Virus record (IMG/VR): IMGVR_UViG_3300027373_000004
Coordinates: 1-50,209 of that record
Reading direction: 5' to 3' (one strand)
Source of the DNA: a virus
Taxonomy: Duplodnaviria; Caudoviricetes
DNA length: 50,209 nt
In this document: piece by piece, positions 24,741 through 34,602 of the stretch
Position numbering within the stretch: position 1 is the first letter of the stretch
Layout of the letters: each line of letters opens with the position of its first letter
Notes under the pieces: generated by a model
Databases searched by the model: none
The model's input: the letters and a program-made list of their open reading frames with translations, nothing else
What the model was told of the DNA's origin: nothing
Position numbers and translations under genes: made by a program

Positions 24741-27144
24741 GAGCAAAAGCAAAATCGAGATAGTCCTTTCTGCGCAGGACACCCAGTTGTCAGCGGCCCT
24801 TAAGCGCTCCAGGAATGGTTTGAAAGATTTTGGCGATTCTGCGGTTAAGGAGGCAGCGAGATCGAAATCGGCTTTTGCAGGCCTTTCCTCTATGAAATTA
24901 GCCATCGGTGGAATCATTGGCGGCGCGGCTGCAATCTATGCCAACCAGGTGCGGCAGATCGCCGACGAATACACCAATCTCAATTCACGGCTCAAGCTCG
25001 TCACGGATGGAGAGCAGGATCTGGCCGTGGTCCGGAGCGGACTTTACAAGATCAGTCAGGAGACTGGGACTGCCTACGCTGGCAATGCAGATGCCTATAC
25101 CAAATTAGCCAGATCGATCAATGATCTTGGGGGCGAATCAGAAGAAACGTTAGAAATCACTGAACTGCTCAATAAGTCACTGATTATTAATGGTTCAAGC
25201 ACTGAGATGGCGTCGAGTTTTATGCTCCAATTTGCTCAGGCAATGGGTTCCGGAGTGCTCCAGGGTGATGAATTTCGCGCAATGTTGGAAAGCAACGGCT
25301 TTTTTGCCGCTGAACTTTCCAAGGCATTAGGCACCAATATCGCTGGGCTGCGGGAGATGTCATCAAATGGCGAGCTGACCGCTGAAAGGTTAAGGTCTGC
25401 CTTCCCTAAAATGACCAAAACAGTAACTGAGGAATTCAGCAAAATTTCACCGACTGTTGAGCGAGCTATGATCATGCTCGAGAACAGCTTTAAGAGGATT
25501 GTGGATGAATCCAATCAGGCCGGGGATGGAACAGGGTCTATATCTAAATCAATCACAAATCTTGCCGAAACCATCGATCGCAACCGTGACGGTATCGTTT
25601 CGTTCTTTAGCAAATTGATCGACCTTGGTGCATGGTCAACAAGGCAGATTGCAGGAATTGGAACAGAGGTTGAAGTGCTTGGCCAAGTTGCTGCAGGAAA
25701 TCTTGATTTCTCCAAGTACATCAAGATGACTAGTGTAAAGGAATTTGAGGACTGGCTCAAACAGAATGTACAAACCCTGAAAGAAACAGAAAAGGCGGCC
25801 AAGGATGCTGGAGGTGAAATAACAAAATCATCCAAGCAATCCACGGAAGCCCAAAAGCAAATAACTAAAGAAGCTCTCGGCGAGATGAAGAAGCAGTACA
25901 AGTCATACGCTGATGAGGTCAAAAAATTACAGGGCAGCATTGCCGACGAACAACGTTCGGTGGCCGAAGAGCTTCGAGACATGTCTCGATCTGGCATGAC
26001 AGATATCCAAGCATGGCGTGACCGCAAGAAAGAAGCCCAGGAATTCACCGCTAAAGCCCGCGAGGCCGCAAAGGCCGCTGGCGATCTCTTTTTTAAGGGT
26101 AACGCCGCCGCTGGCCAAGAGACGTATCAAGTTGCTTTGAGCTACGCCGAAAAAGCAAAGGATGCCTACCGGGAGCTGAATACTGAAGTCAAACAGGGTG
26201 ACCAGGTGCTCATTTCCCAAAAAGACGCCTTGAAAGCTGCTGTGGCTGGAGTCCAGGAAGCTGGAAACCTCAAGGTGAAGCTGATGGCTGATTACTCCAC
26301 CGCACTCTCTTTGGCCAAGGAGGCATTGAATCAGCAGAGTGGCGGCCAGTTGGATGAATCGATTGCCAAAGCAAAGGAAGGCGTTGATAGCCTGGTGCAG
26401 AAGGTTGAGGACGGCAAAGAGAAGATGCGTACCGCTTTCTCCGAGATCTTTCAGCCACCTGAAGATGGCGATTGGGGCAAAGTATGGAAGGCGATGGAAT
26501 CAGGATCAAGTTCGGCCAGTAAGGCGGTGACTTCTACCTGGAACAAAACATGGGATGATTTTCTCGCTTCAGGCAGCGAGGATATTGAATCGTTGGAAAA
26601 GAAACTCCAGGCCTTGGCCAAAGATCGATACATCACCGTCCATATCAACGAGGTGCAGGGAAAAGCTTACGGCGGCATGATTCAGCGGCTCAGTTACGGC
26701 GGCATGGTTCCGGGCTGGTCTCCCCACAAACGAGCCGACAACATCATGGCGGCTTTAACGGCCCGTGAATTTGTCGAGCCGGTTGACGTTGTGGACCACT
26801 ACGGGGCGTGGGTGTTTGAAAAACTGCGGCGTAAAGAGGTGAACCGATCAGCCTTGCATGACCTATTGACCGGAAAATTTACGGGCAAAAGTTATGCCAT
26901 GGGCGGGCTTGTCAATTCCCTCAACAGCCTCCGCCTGCCGGAGATCCCCAAGTTTGCCATGGGCGGACCGGTGGGTTTTGCCGCAGGCGGTGAGGCCGCC
27001 GCGCCCTCCGTATCCGGAGCCACCATGACCGTCAACCTCAACTTCGGGGGCGGCGATATGATCCCGGTCACCACCTCCAGCACGGCCGATGCCAGGAGGT
27101 TGGTCAAGAAACTTGAATGGATGGCTCAGAGGAGCAGCCGATGA
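24730..27144 (+). CDS. Tail tape measure protein
   Basis: 804 aa; ADEYTNLNSRLKLVT and QFAQAMGSGVLQGDEFRAMLE tape-measure domain. Confidence 0.95.
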   Translation: MGNKSKSKIEIVLSAQDTQLSAALKRSRNGLKDFGDSAVKEAARSKSAFAGLSSMKLAIGGIIGGAAAIYANQVRQIADEYTNLNSRLKLVTDGEQDLAVVRSGLYKISQETGTAYAGNADAYTKLARSINDLGGESEETLEITELLNKSLIINGSSTEMASSFMLQFAQAMGSGVLQGDEFRAMLESNGFFAAELSKALGTNIAGLREMSSNGELTAERLRSAFPKMTKTVTEEFSKISPTVERAMIMLENSFKRIVDESNQAGDGTGSISKSITNLAETIDRNRDGIVSFFSKLIDLGAWSTRQIAGIGTEVEVLGQVAAGNLDFSKYIKMTSVKEFEDWLKQNVQTLKETEKAAKDAGGEITKSSKQSTEAQKQITKEALGEMKKQYKSYADEVKKLQGSIADEQRSVAEELRDMSRSGMTDIQAWRDRKKEAQEFTAKAREAAKAAGDLFFKGNAAAGQETYQVALSYAEKAKDAYRELNTEVKQGDQVLISQKDALKAAVAGVQEAGNLKVKLMADYSTALSLAKEALNQQSGGQLDESIAKAKEGVDSLVQKVEDGKEKMRTAFSEIFQPPEDGDWGKVWKAMESGSSSASKAVTSTWNKTWDDFLASGSEDIESLEKKLQALAKDRYITVHINEVQGKAYGGMIQRLSYGGMVPGWSPHKRADNIMAALTAREFVEPVDVVDHYGAWVFEKLRRKEVNRSALHDLLTGKFTGKSYAMGGLVNSLNSLRLPEIPKFAMGGPVGFAAGGEAAAPSVSGATMTVNLNFGGGDMIPVTTSSTADARRLVKKLEWMAQRSSR

Positions 27145-27500
27145 CCGTTTCCCTGGGAGGAATCGCCCTCTCCGATGATCTCACCCTCTCCATTGCCTCG
27201 GCCGGAGTCGGGATCAGCCAGCGCCGGTTGATCGGCGGCGCATCCGTAGTCCAAACCGATGGCAGCAGCGGCGGCCGCACCCTGATCCTCAACAGCGCCA
27301 TGCACCTGCTGCACAGTGAGATGGAGCAGATCAAGGCCATGCAGGCAACCGGACTCCCGGTCACTCTGGTCCATCACCGGGGCACCTTTGCGGTGGTTAT
27401 TATCGATACCAGCGATCTGACACCGGATCAAGACTATGCCGACCCGGAAAACGACGCCACCGCTACTGTCTCCGGCAACATCACCCTGATAGAGGTATAA
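27141..27500 (+). CDS. Putative distal tail protein
   Basis: ATGA overlap with the TMP gene; beta-rich; GGRTLIL. Confidence 0.6.
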   Translation: MTVSLGGIALSDDLTLSIASAGVGISQRRLIGGASVVQTDGSSGGRTLILNSAMHLLHSEMEQIKAMQATGLPVTLVHHRGTFAVVIIDTSDLTPDQDYADPENDATATVSGNITLIEV

Positions 27501-27502
27501 AT

Positions 27503-28555
27503 ATGACCATTGCCACCGCCGATCTCAAAGCCTTCTACGCCGCCGACATGAGCAATGCCTCGACCTCCGGCGGGCGCATCAGCTTCAACCAGATCACCAG
27601 CGCCGCCCTGCAGAACGTTTTCCCGCATGCCTTCCGCGCTACCCGCTTGGCCGGGAACCTTGCCGATCCGGACCACCGCAAGCTATTTTTCCGTAACTGC
27701 AACGATGCCGACGAAACCGGATTCGCGCCGCTGCAATACCTCTTCCGGCCCAATCCCTCGCAGGCCTGGTGCTACAAGGTCATTGGCACGCAGCGGAGCA
27801 CCCGCGCCGACCTTACCGGCAGCGAGGCCCGCTATGGATCCGGACTGCTGGCCACAACCGTGGTTGCCGGGGCCACGGTCCTGGTGGTCAACGTCAAGCA
27901 TGCCGATCTGACCTCCTGTTTTGCGGTGAGTCGACCGGTGCGGATCACCAACAAACTGCTGCCGTCCTCAACCACCGGGACGGAAGAGGAAGTGATCCCC
28001 GGCGAGGTCTCGGTCTCCGGGCTCCAGGTCACCCTGACCATCCCGAGTCCTGGCCTGGCCAACGGCTACACCGCCGGGGCGGCCACCGACTACCTCACCG
28101 GGACCGTGGTCTTTTCGGTCTACTATCCCGCATCCGGCGAGCTGGAGTGCACGGTCGACAACTGGAGCGAGTCCACCGGGACGGTCTATGATGAGGCCAA
28201 TCATCCGGTGGTGTGCGACAACATCGGCACCCCGGAGCAGACCTGGACCATCACCCGTCTCTCCGATACCCAATACACCCTGACCGGTGACACCCTGGGC
28301 GTGGTCGGGACCGGTTCCACCGCCGCCGATTTTGCCCCGGCCCATCCGGCCACCCCGGTTACTCCGGCCAGCGGCAAACCCTATCTTACTATCCCGGCAG
28401 CGGCCTGGCTGACCACGATCCCGGTTGGGTACACCCTGGTGTTTCAATCCCATCCACCGGCGATCCCCACCCATGAGATCCGCTGCATTCCGCCCGCCTG
28501 CGCTTCCATGGCCGGGGACGGCATCTCCCTGTGCTTGGATATTGAAACCGTCTGA
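27503..28555 (+). CDS. Putative tail protein
   Basis: 350 aa, Thr/Gly-rich; DLK.F....MS....GGR....NVFP...R..G....RKLF. Confidence 0.7.
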   Translation: MTIATADLKAFYAADMSNASTSGGRISFNQITSAALQNVFPHAFRATRLAGNLADPDHRKLFFRNCNDADETGFAPLQYLFRPNPSQAWCYKVIGTQRSTRADLTGSEARYGSGLLATTVVAGATVLVVNVKHADLTSCFAVSRPVRITNKLLPSSTTGTEEEVIPGEVSVSGLQVTLTIPSPGLANGYTAGAATDYLTGTVVFSVYYPASGELECTVDNWSESTGTVYDEANHPVVCDNIGTPEQTWTITRLSDTQYTLTGDTLGVVGTGSTAADFAPAHPATPVTPASGKPYLTIPAAAWLTTIPVGYTLVFQSHPPAIPTHEIRCIPPACASMAGDGISLCLDIETV

Positions 28556-28557
28556 TC

Positions 28558-29352
28558 ATGCGCTCCTCGCTGGCAGCCACCTATACCGGCCCTGTTGCCG
28601 ATTCCTCGGCAAAACTCTTGCTCCGGCAGGGCAAATGGTCGCGCTATGTGGGCAAGGTCACCAAGGGCGAGATGGTGCGCTGGGTAGCGGCGGCCATCGG
28701 CGGCAAGGACTATCAGGCCAAGGTTGACTGCGGCCTGGCTGGTGATGCGGTGGTTTGTACCATCGAAGCCTATCCCTTTTTTCAGGATCTGGCCTATCGC
28801 CTGGTGTCCAGTTGGGGCGAGCTCTCGGAGCGGTCCGTTGAGCTGGTCGAGATCCGGGACGAGCAGGTGCAGTTCCGCCTGACCGACACGGCGGCAACCG
28901 AGTTCCCGGCCCGTGCGATCCGCGCGGTGCAATGGACGGCCGAATGCCTGGATGTAGACGGCAACGTTACTGCCCCGCCGCCGTTATGGGCGGATGGCGA
29001 GACCCTGCGCAGCGGCGCGGTGGTCTACGGGACAGCCACGGTGCACTATGTGTGCGAACGCCACACCTCCATCCTCAACGCCCCTCGCCGGGAGACGGCC
29101 CTCGATAACCATTGGTCCGCCGTGGTGGTGGCTGCCATTCCTGGCTCGATGCCGGCGCGGTTGCTGCTGGAGCTGCCTCCGGGCATTGACGCCTTGGACG
29201 AGCCCGACGCGGTTTGCGGCCGCAGGGGCGGTGGCCGCAGTTCGGTGAAACGGGCTGACGGCTCGATGCCGCCGCCGGAACCGGACGGCGCCGACCTGAT
29301 TACGGAGGTCGATTACTGCGATCAGCGGACGATCCGGGAGTACACCCAATGA
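28558..29352 (+). CDS. Putative tail-tip protein, paralogue 1
   Basis: Begins MRSSLAATYTG; coupled within the tail operon. Confidence 0.65.
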   Translation: MRSSLAATYTGPVADSSAKLLLRQGKWSRYVGKVTKGEMVRWVAAAIGGKDYQAKVDCGLAGDAVVCTIEAYPFFQDLAYRLVSSWGELSERSVELVEIRDEQVQFRLTDTAATEFPARAIRAVQWTAECLDVDGNVTAPPPLWADGETLRSGAVVYGTATVHYVCERHTSILNAPRRETALDNHWSAVVVAAIPGSMPARLLLELPPGIDALDEPDAVCGRRGGGRSSVKRADGSMPPPEPDGADLITEVDYCDQRTIREYTQ

Positions 29353-30149
29353 TCACCTCGCTCGCCGCCACCTACAGCGGGGCCGGTCTGGCAGCAGGTG
29401 CGCCCCGCCTGGGCTTGGAACAGGAACCCATGGCCGACAACAGCCTGACCCTGGACGATCTCGAACAGATGCTGGCCCTGGTGCGGTCTGGCGTTTCGGC
29501 CCGCACCTATCGCCCGGCCTCCTGTCCGGCCTCGGTGGTTGAAGGGTCGGTGCTGGTGCCGCTCGATCTGTGGGTGTGGCCGGTGCCGATCGATCTGCCC
29601 TATACTCTTACCCCCAATCAGGGCGACCTGGGCGCGGCCATCGCGGTCTCGATTGAGCGCGAGTTCGACCTGGTGATTGATTTTCAGCGCCGGGTCGAGC
29701 TGCCGTTTGCTACCTCGGCCATCTCCTGGCAATGGACCGGCATCCCCTGTTTCGATCGGATGAGCAACGAGGTGCCCCGGCCAACGGTGAGCGCCGAACC
29801 GGATGCAATTATGGTCGATACCGAGATCCTCGGGGTGCTCCGGATCAAATGCACGGCCGTGGGCTATCTCCACACCCTGCAGCTGGAGTTTGTGAAGGGA
29901 ACCAACGCGATCACCGATGTCCATTGCGCGGTCACTGCGTCCTGGCAGGTTAACGGGGAGCCCATGACCGCCAACCTGCCGTTGGATCTCCCAGCCTGCG
30001 CCGCCCAGTTGCTGGAAACCTGCGAGGGCGGGCAGTTGGTGCGAGAACGGGCGCTCGGCTCAGTGAGCCGGGAGAAGCCGCTGCGGACAGTGGTCTATTA
30101 TAATGACTGCGATGGCAGCGAGCTGGCGGTGCGCCATGAACGGGCCTAG
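29349..30149 (+). CDS. Putative tail-tip protein, paralogue 2
   Basis: Begins MITSLAATYSG...LEQEP. Confidence 0.65.
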   Translation: MITSLAATYSGAGLAAGAPRLGLEQEPMADNSLTLDDLEQMLALVRSGVSARTYRPASCPASVVEGSVLVPLDLWVWPVPIDLPYTLTPNQGDLGAAIAVSIEREFDLVIDFQRRVELPFATSAISWQWTGIPCFDRMSNEVPRPTVSAEPDAIMVDTEILGVLRIKCTAVGYLHTLQLEFVKGTNAITDVHCAVTASWQVNGEPMTANLPLDLPACAAQLLETCEGGQLVRERALGSVSREKPLRTVVYYNDCDGSELAVRHERA

Positions 30150-32133
30150 CCTCAGCGCCACCTATACCGGGCCGTGGGTGCCGGAGGACCGCTGGTGGGT
30201 GCGGCTGGAACAGGAACCGATCACCGACGATGTCGCCACAGTTCCAGCCACCGCCAACTATCTTGATGCGGTCTTCCGGATCGATGCCTGCAACCCGGAG
30301 CAAGAGGCAACTGCAGCGCCTTCCGAGGAGACGGCCCTGGCAGAAGTCGCCGGGCTCGATTTCGTGATTTGCGGGCAGGATGCCGATGGTTCGGTCGAGG
30401 TAAACATCAAGGTTATCCGCTCGCATCAGGAGGAGGGCTATCGCCTGCATGTGGCCGGAGGATCGGCGCTGGCCTCTAAGGTGATCGTCGAGGAGTTCGC
30501 CAAGGTCTATCCACTGAACTCGGCGCGGGAGCTGGAGCTGGAGTATCCGGTGGTGGGGGCCTTTGCCGCTGTTTGGCAGCCCGACCTGGTCACCGCCTCC
30601 GGGGTGCGGCCGGACATCCAGCGCCATGGCAACACCCTCTATTGGCCGGAAGAGGCCACCGGTTCATTGCACACCGCCTACCTGACCACCTATGACCAGG
30701 TGACCATCCGCGTCGATGGCGTCGACGGCAAGCCGGGCGCGGCCACGGTGCGCGTCGTCTTCCACGGCCTGGCCTCTGACCTGGTTCCGGAATTGCCCGA
30801 CCCCGCAGATTTGGATCATGCGCTGTGTTGGCATGTGCAATCGGAGCTGGCCGCGAACACTGCCGAGGTGACCTGCTACAAATCGATTACCCGGGTAAAG
30901 CGGTGCAACTGCTCCAAGGATGAGGTGGACAGCGAGACGCAGGACGAGGTGGTGCCCTGCCCCCATGGTGCGCCGGAGAAATGTCCAGGCTCTCATTCCA
31001 GGTGCATGCACCTGTTGGGTTCGGAGACGATCACCGAATATGTGGATTGCAGCGGTGACAGCGAGATCCCCGGCAGGCCCGGCCAATTTTACGCGGTGGC
31101 CAGCCGGGAGTATTATAAAAAGCAGTGCTGCGAATACCCCTCCTTCGAGCTGCCTCAGTGCCCGGAAATGACGGAGTCGTACAAAGGCGGCAAAAAGATA
31201 TCCGGGGGCGAGGCCCAGTATCGGACCATCTACGGCGATTCGGTTTCGTTCGTGCCGGTCACACCCAAAGGCGGCACCTGCGGCGAACACATCACCAAGC
31301 AAATTATTGAGGCGGAATCCTGCTGCGAATCAATTCCGCAGTTGCAATGGGATGATGCAAATTCCCCGGATTACATCGCCAAAAACAGCTCGGTGATTGT
31401 GCGCGTCGCTGACGGGGCACCGCCGTTCCGATGGTCGATCAGCTCCGCCGTTGATATCAATTTTGCATCCGGGGGCACATCGTTAGAGACAGACTCCAGG
31501 TCGGTGCTGGTGGTCTCCGGTCCTGACTCATGTGGATCCGCCAGCATTACCGTCACTGATGCGTGCGATACCACGGTGAACGGCAGTCTGATCGGGCCAA
31601 CCGGGAACTGGACGCGGATCGCGGTTTATGGAGAACTGTCCGGCAACCCCATTCCGGCCGAGCTGTTGCACATTGGCATCGCCGACTCGTTTGACGGGTC
31701 GATGGTTGCAAAATTGAGAATCGGCGACACTGAGTACCGGCAGGAGATCAGCGTGTGCCAGATGTACGCCCATTCAGTGGTCGATCCCAATAACGACCCG
31801 GCGGTGTGTGCCGGTTTGGAACGGGCAGATTACTACAGAGATGTGGATAACGGGCCGGTCTTCGAACCAACCTGTGACGACAGGTATTTCGATGATCAGG
31901 GAGAGGCTGTGTGGGCAACCATGGGGCTCTGCCAAGGATACACCAGCTTTAGCGTTATGGACCCGCCTAATGGGGTTGCATGGTTCGACCCCCCTTATGG
32001 TTACGATATAACTATTACTCCCCCGGATAAATGTATGTGGGGAGAATATGTAGCAGCAGGAAATGATAGCTGTCAGTGGGTGCACTTTAAAATCTACTAT
32101 GGGCGATTAGAGGTGTGGGAATGGGTATGCTAG
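30136..32133 (+). CDS. Cys-rich putative tail-tip/adsorption protein, paralogue 3
   Basis: Begins MNGPSLSATYTG...LEQEP; 25 Cys; Ig-like segment GAPPFRWSI...CGSASITVTDAC. Confidence 0.7.
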   Translation: MNGPSLSATYTGPWVPEDRWWVRLEQEPITDDVATVPATANYLDAVFRIDACNPEQEATAAPSEETALAEVAGLDFVICGQDADGSVEVNIKVIRSHQEEGYRLHVAGGSALASKVIVEEFAKVYPLNSARELELEYPVVGAFAAVWQPDLVTASGVRPDIQRHGNTLYWPEEATGSLHTAYLTTYDQVTIRVDGVDGKPGAATVRVVFHGLASDLVPELPDPADLDHALCWHVQSELAANTAEVTCYKSITRVKRCNCSKDEVDSETQDEVVPCPHGAPEKCPGSHSRCMHLLGSETITEYVDCSGDSEIPGRPGQFYAVASREYYKKQCCEYPSFELPQCPEMTESYKGGKKISGGEAQYRTIYGDSVSFVPVTPKGGTCGEHITKQIIEAESCCESIPQLQWDDANSPDYIAKNSSVIVRVADGAPPFRWSISSAVDINFASGGTSLETDSRSVLVVSGPDSCGSASITVTDACDTTVNGSLIGPTGNWTRIAVYGELSGNPIPAELLHIGIADSFDGSMVAKLRIGDTEYRQEISVCQMYAHSVVDPNNDPAVCAGLERADYYRDVDNGPVFEPTCDDRYFDDQGEAVWATMGLCQGYTSFSVMDPPNGVAWFDPPYGYDITITPPDKCMWGEYVAAGNDSCQWVHFKIYYGRLEVWEWVC

Positions 32134-32423
32134 CGGCCTTTCGGCTGAAAGATATCGTCAACGCCCGCGAGATGCTGAAACATCTGCAGGCGAATGGCGT
32201 GCAGGATATCGCGGCTGCCCTGGCGATCCTCAATGAGCACAGTCACCCGCCTCCAGTAGTTCCGGCAATGCCCAAGTTGCTGGCGGCTCGCAGCAAAATT
32301 GATCTCTCGGTGCTGGCGTGCCCAAGTTGCGGCGCAAAAGGGCATTCGCGGTGGGGGTGTCTGATTGAGGGTGTGAATCGTATCGCCTGCCGATGCGGCT
32401 ATAGCTGGATTGCGGAGGATTAA
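32121..32423 (+). CDS. Zinc-ribbon hypothetical protein
   Basis: CPSCG...C...CRCGYSW. Confidence 0.65.
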   Translation: MGMLAAFRLKDIVNAREMLKHLQANGVQDIAAALAILNEHSHPPPVVPAMPKLLAARSKIDLSVLACPSCGAKGHSRWGCLIEGVNRIACRCGYSWIAED

Positions 32424-32424
32424 G

Positions 32425-34602
32425 ATGTCTCTTTGGACCCCCGCAAAAATATCCTGTGCGTTTTGGTTTGATGCCGCCGACGCATCGACCATCACTCGGG
32501 TATCCGGGACAGAGCGCATCACCCGGTGGGACAGCAAGTGCGGCAATGGCCGCTATGCCGACTATTGGAGCGGGTACCCCGATTATGTGGCGTCCGGGCA
32601 GAATGGCCAGAATGTTATCCAGTTCACCGGGGCGGACACCGATCGCTTTGCGATCAATGCTGCCAATGGGAGCCGGTCCGTCTTTCGCAACATCGGCCAG
32701 GCAACCATATTTACCGTGGCCAATAAACTCGCCACGTATGGGAGCACGATATTCCATGCCAGCGCGGGCGGCACGGTGGCAAATCCTCGTATAGCGGTTT
32801 CGCATTATCTTGACACTAAGCCATACGCCTGGGGGCGTCGGCTCGACGGAGATACAACGCAAGCAAAGTTTACGGCGGGAGCTCGGACCGGCTATCTCCT
32901 GGGCACCTATGTGTATGATTGGGCAAACGCCTTGCTGCATGTCGGCCTGGATGGTGTGTTAGAAACAAGGAATCCCTTTCAAACGGCTGGCAACACCTCC
33001 GATACCGACAGTACGGGCATGTACATCGGCTTTCCGGGCACAGGGCAGACCTATCAAGGATACATCGCCGAAATCGTCGTTGTGATCGCGTGCGACGAAG
33101 CAACACGCTATCTGGTCGAAGGGTATCTCGCCCATAAATGGGGCATTGCCGATTATTTACCGGTCAGTCATCCGTACCGGGTGACCCCGCCAGCAGATGT
33201 GCGGAGCGTTGTCCGCGCCCAGCTCGACCAACCGTGGGGCATCAAGATTGGGGTTGATCTCCATCAACCCTGGGGTGATGCGCCTTTGCTCAGGGCGGCC
33301 ATTCATCAACCCTGGGGAGATGCGCCCGTTTTGCGGGCCGAACTCTCGCAGCGCTGGGAATCCACCCTCACCATGCGGTCGGTCCTGGATCAGCGGTGGC
33401 ATGTCTTTGGCGTGCTCCGGGCCGAGCTGGAACAGCGCTGGGCCATTACCGCTGATCTGGTGCGCGGAGTCTTGGAGCAGGGCTGGGATCTGCGCGACCG
33501 TGATCTGTTGCGAGCCGAGCTGCTACAGCGCTGGGCCATTGAGGCCGATGGATCGGTGCTGCGCTATCAGGTGGCGGTGACCGTCAATGGGGCGGCCGTC
33601 GGCATCTCCCATCTCAATATCGAGGCTGGCCTTGATCAGGATGTACTCTCCTGCGAGCTGCACCTCGGCTCCGAGGCTGACCATCTCCGCTGCCGCATCG
33701 GCTCTGTGGTGGCAATAACCATTACCTCCGCCGAGGGCGCGGAGGCGTTTGCCTTTGTCGTCACTGCACCCCGGATCACTGAGGAGCACGGCAACGCCCA
33801 GTTTATTGTCGAGGCCATGAGTCCGGCTGTTTTGCTGGGCGAACCCTACGCCGCCCCGATAGAGGGCGAGCTGTCCGGACTGGTCACCATCATTGCCGCA
33901 ACCTTGGCCGGCACTCTGCCGCTCTCGTGGCAGACCGTGGATTGGGAAATTCCGCCCTCAACCTGGATTGCTGCCGGAGAAACTCCACTCTCCTTGCTCA
34001 AAACCCCGGCCGGAGCGGTGGGGGCGGTGGTCCAGTCTTTGCCCGATGGCTCGCTGGTGGTGGTGCCTGAATATAGCGTGGCCGTTAACCAATGGGCTGC
34101 CGCCGCACCCGATCTCTCCCTGGTGGAAAACCTCGATTGCTGGTCCACCGGATCTACCCCGGAACTCAAATCAGGATACAACCGGTTTTTAATCGGCGAT
34201 CAACTGAGCACCGCCAACACCCTGCGTCTGGATGAGGAGTCGATATCCGCCACCGTCAAGATCGTCCGCGGCTATCAAACCCCGTGGGACGGCATCTTTG
34301 ACCTCGCCCACACCGGCGGCGCCTGGGTGGTGATCGAACCGTTGGGCGTGGAAGAGCGCCAGGAAACGGAAACCATTGAAATCGTCGCCGGGGCTGGCCG
34401 GGTGCAGTATCCCATCTACAGCCGAGATGTAATCGAGTGGGGCCAGATCAATCTCGGATCGGTCACCGTCTCGGAAGATGGCTCCGTGCAGGCCGCGGTG
34501 GCCGGGGAATCGCTCCTCACCATCACCTATACCACGCGCTGCAAACGTTGGCAGGTGCGCAATCCGCGCAACGAGCAGCTGCAGCTGGTGGTTCCCGCAT
34601 GA
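32425..34602 (+). CDS. Tail protein: LamG/ConA-like N-terminal domain, Trp repeats, hub-like C-terminus
   Basis: WFDAADASTI...WDSKCGNG...GYIAEIVV...VEGYLAHKWG; GGAGG RBS. Confidence 0.75.
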   Translation: MSLWTPAKISCAFWFDAADASTITRVSGTERITRWDSKCGNGRYADYWSGYPDYVASGQNGQNVIQFTGADTDRFAINAANGSRSVFRNIGQATIFTVANKLATYGSTIFHASAGGTVANPRIAVSHYLDTKPYAWGRRLDGDTTQAKFTAGARTGYLLGTYVYDWANALLHVGLDGVLETRNPFQTAGNTSDTDSTGMYIGFPGTGQTYQGYIAEIVVVIACDEATRYLVEGYLAHKWGIADYLPVSHPYRVTPPADVRSVVRAQLDQPWGIKIGVDLHQPWGDAPLLRAAIHQPWGDAPVLRAELSQRWESTLTMRSVLDQRWHVFGVLRAELEQRWAITADLVRGVLEQGWDLRDRDLLRAELLQRWAIEADGSVLRYQVAVTVNGAAVGISHLNIEAGLDQDVLSCELHLGSEADHLRCRIGSVVAITITSAEGAEAFAFVVTAPRITEEHGNAQFIVEAMSPAVLLGEPYAAPIEGELSGLVTIIAATLAGTLPLSWQTVDWEIPPSTWIAAGETPLSLLKTPAGAVGAVVQSLPDGSLVVVPEYSVAVNQWAAAAPDLSLVENLDCWSTGSTPELKSGYNRFLIGDQLSTANTLRLDEESISATVKIVRGYQTPWDGIFDLAHTGGAWVVIEPLGVEERQETETIEIVAGAGRVQYPIYSRDVIEWGQINLGSVTVSEDGSVQAAVAGESLLTITYTTRCKRWQVRNPRNEQLQLVVPA
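33214..33540 (+). repeat. About eight tandem 12-16 aa repeats, consensus R-x-x-L-x-Q-x-W
   Basis: Seen in the translation; at DNA level CATCAACCCTGGGG(T/A)GATGCGCC at 33262 and 33304. Confidence 0.85.

Noticed and set aside
26660-26990. Repeated YGGM/AMGG/AAGG motifs in the tape measure C-terminus
   Set aside because: Common feature of tape measure C-termini
33214-33540. CRISPR-like periodic repeats
   Set aside because: In-frame, degenerate coding repeats with no unique spacers and no cas genes
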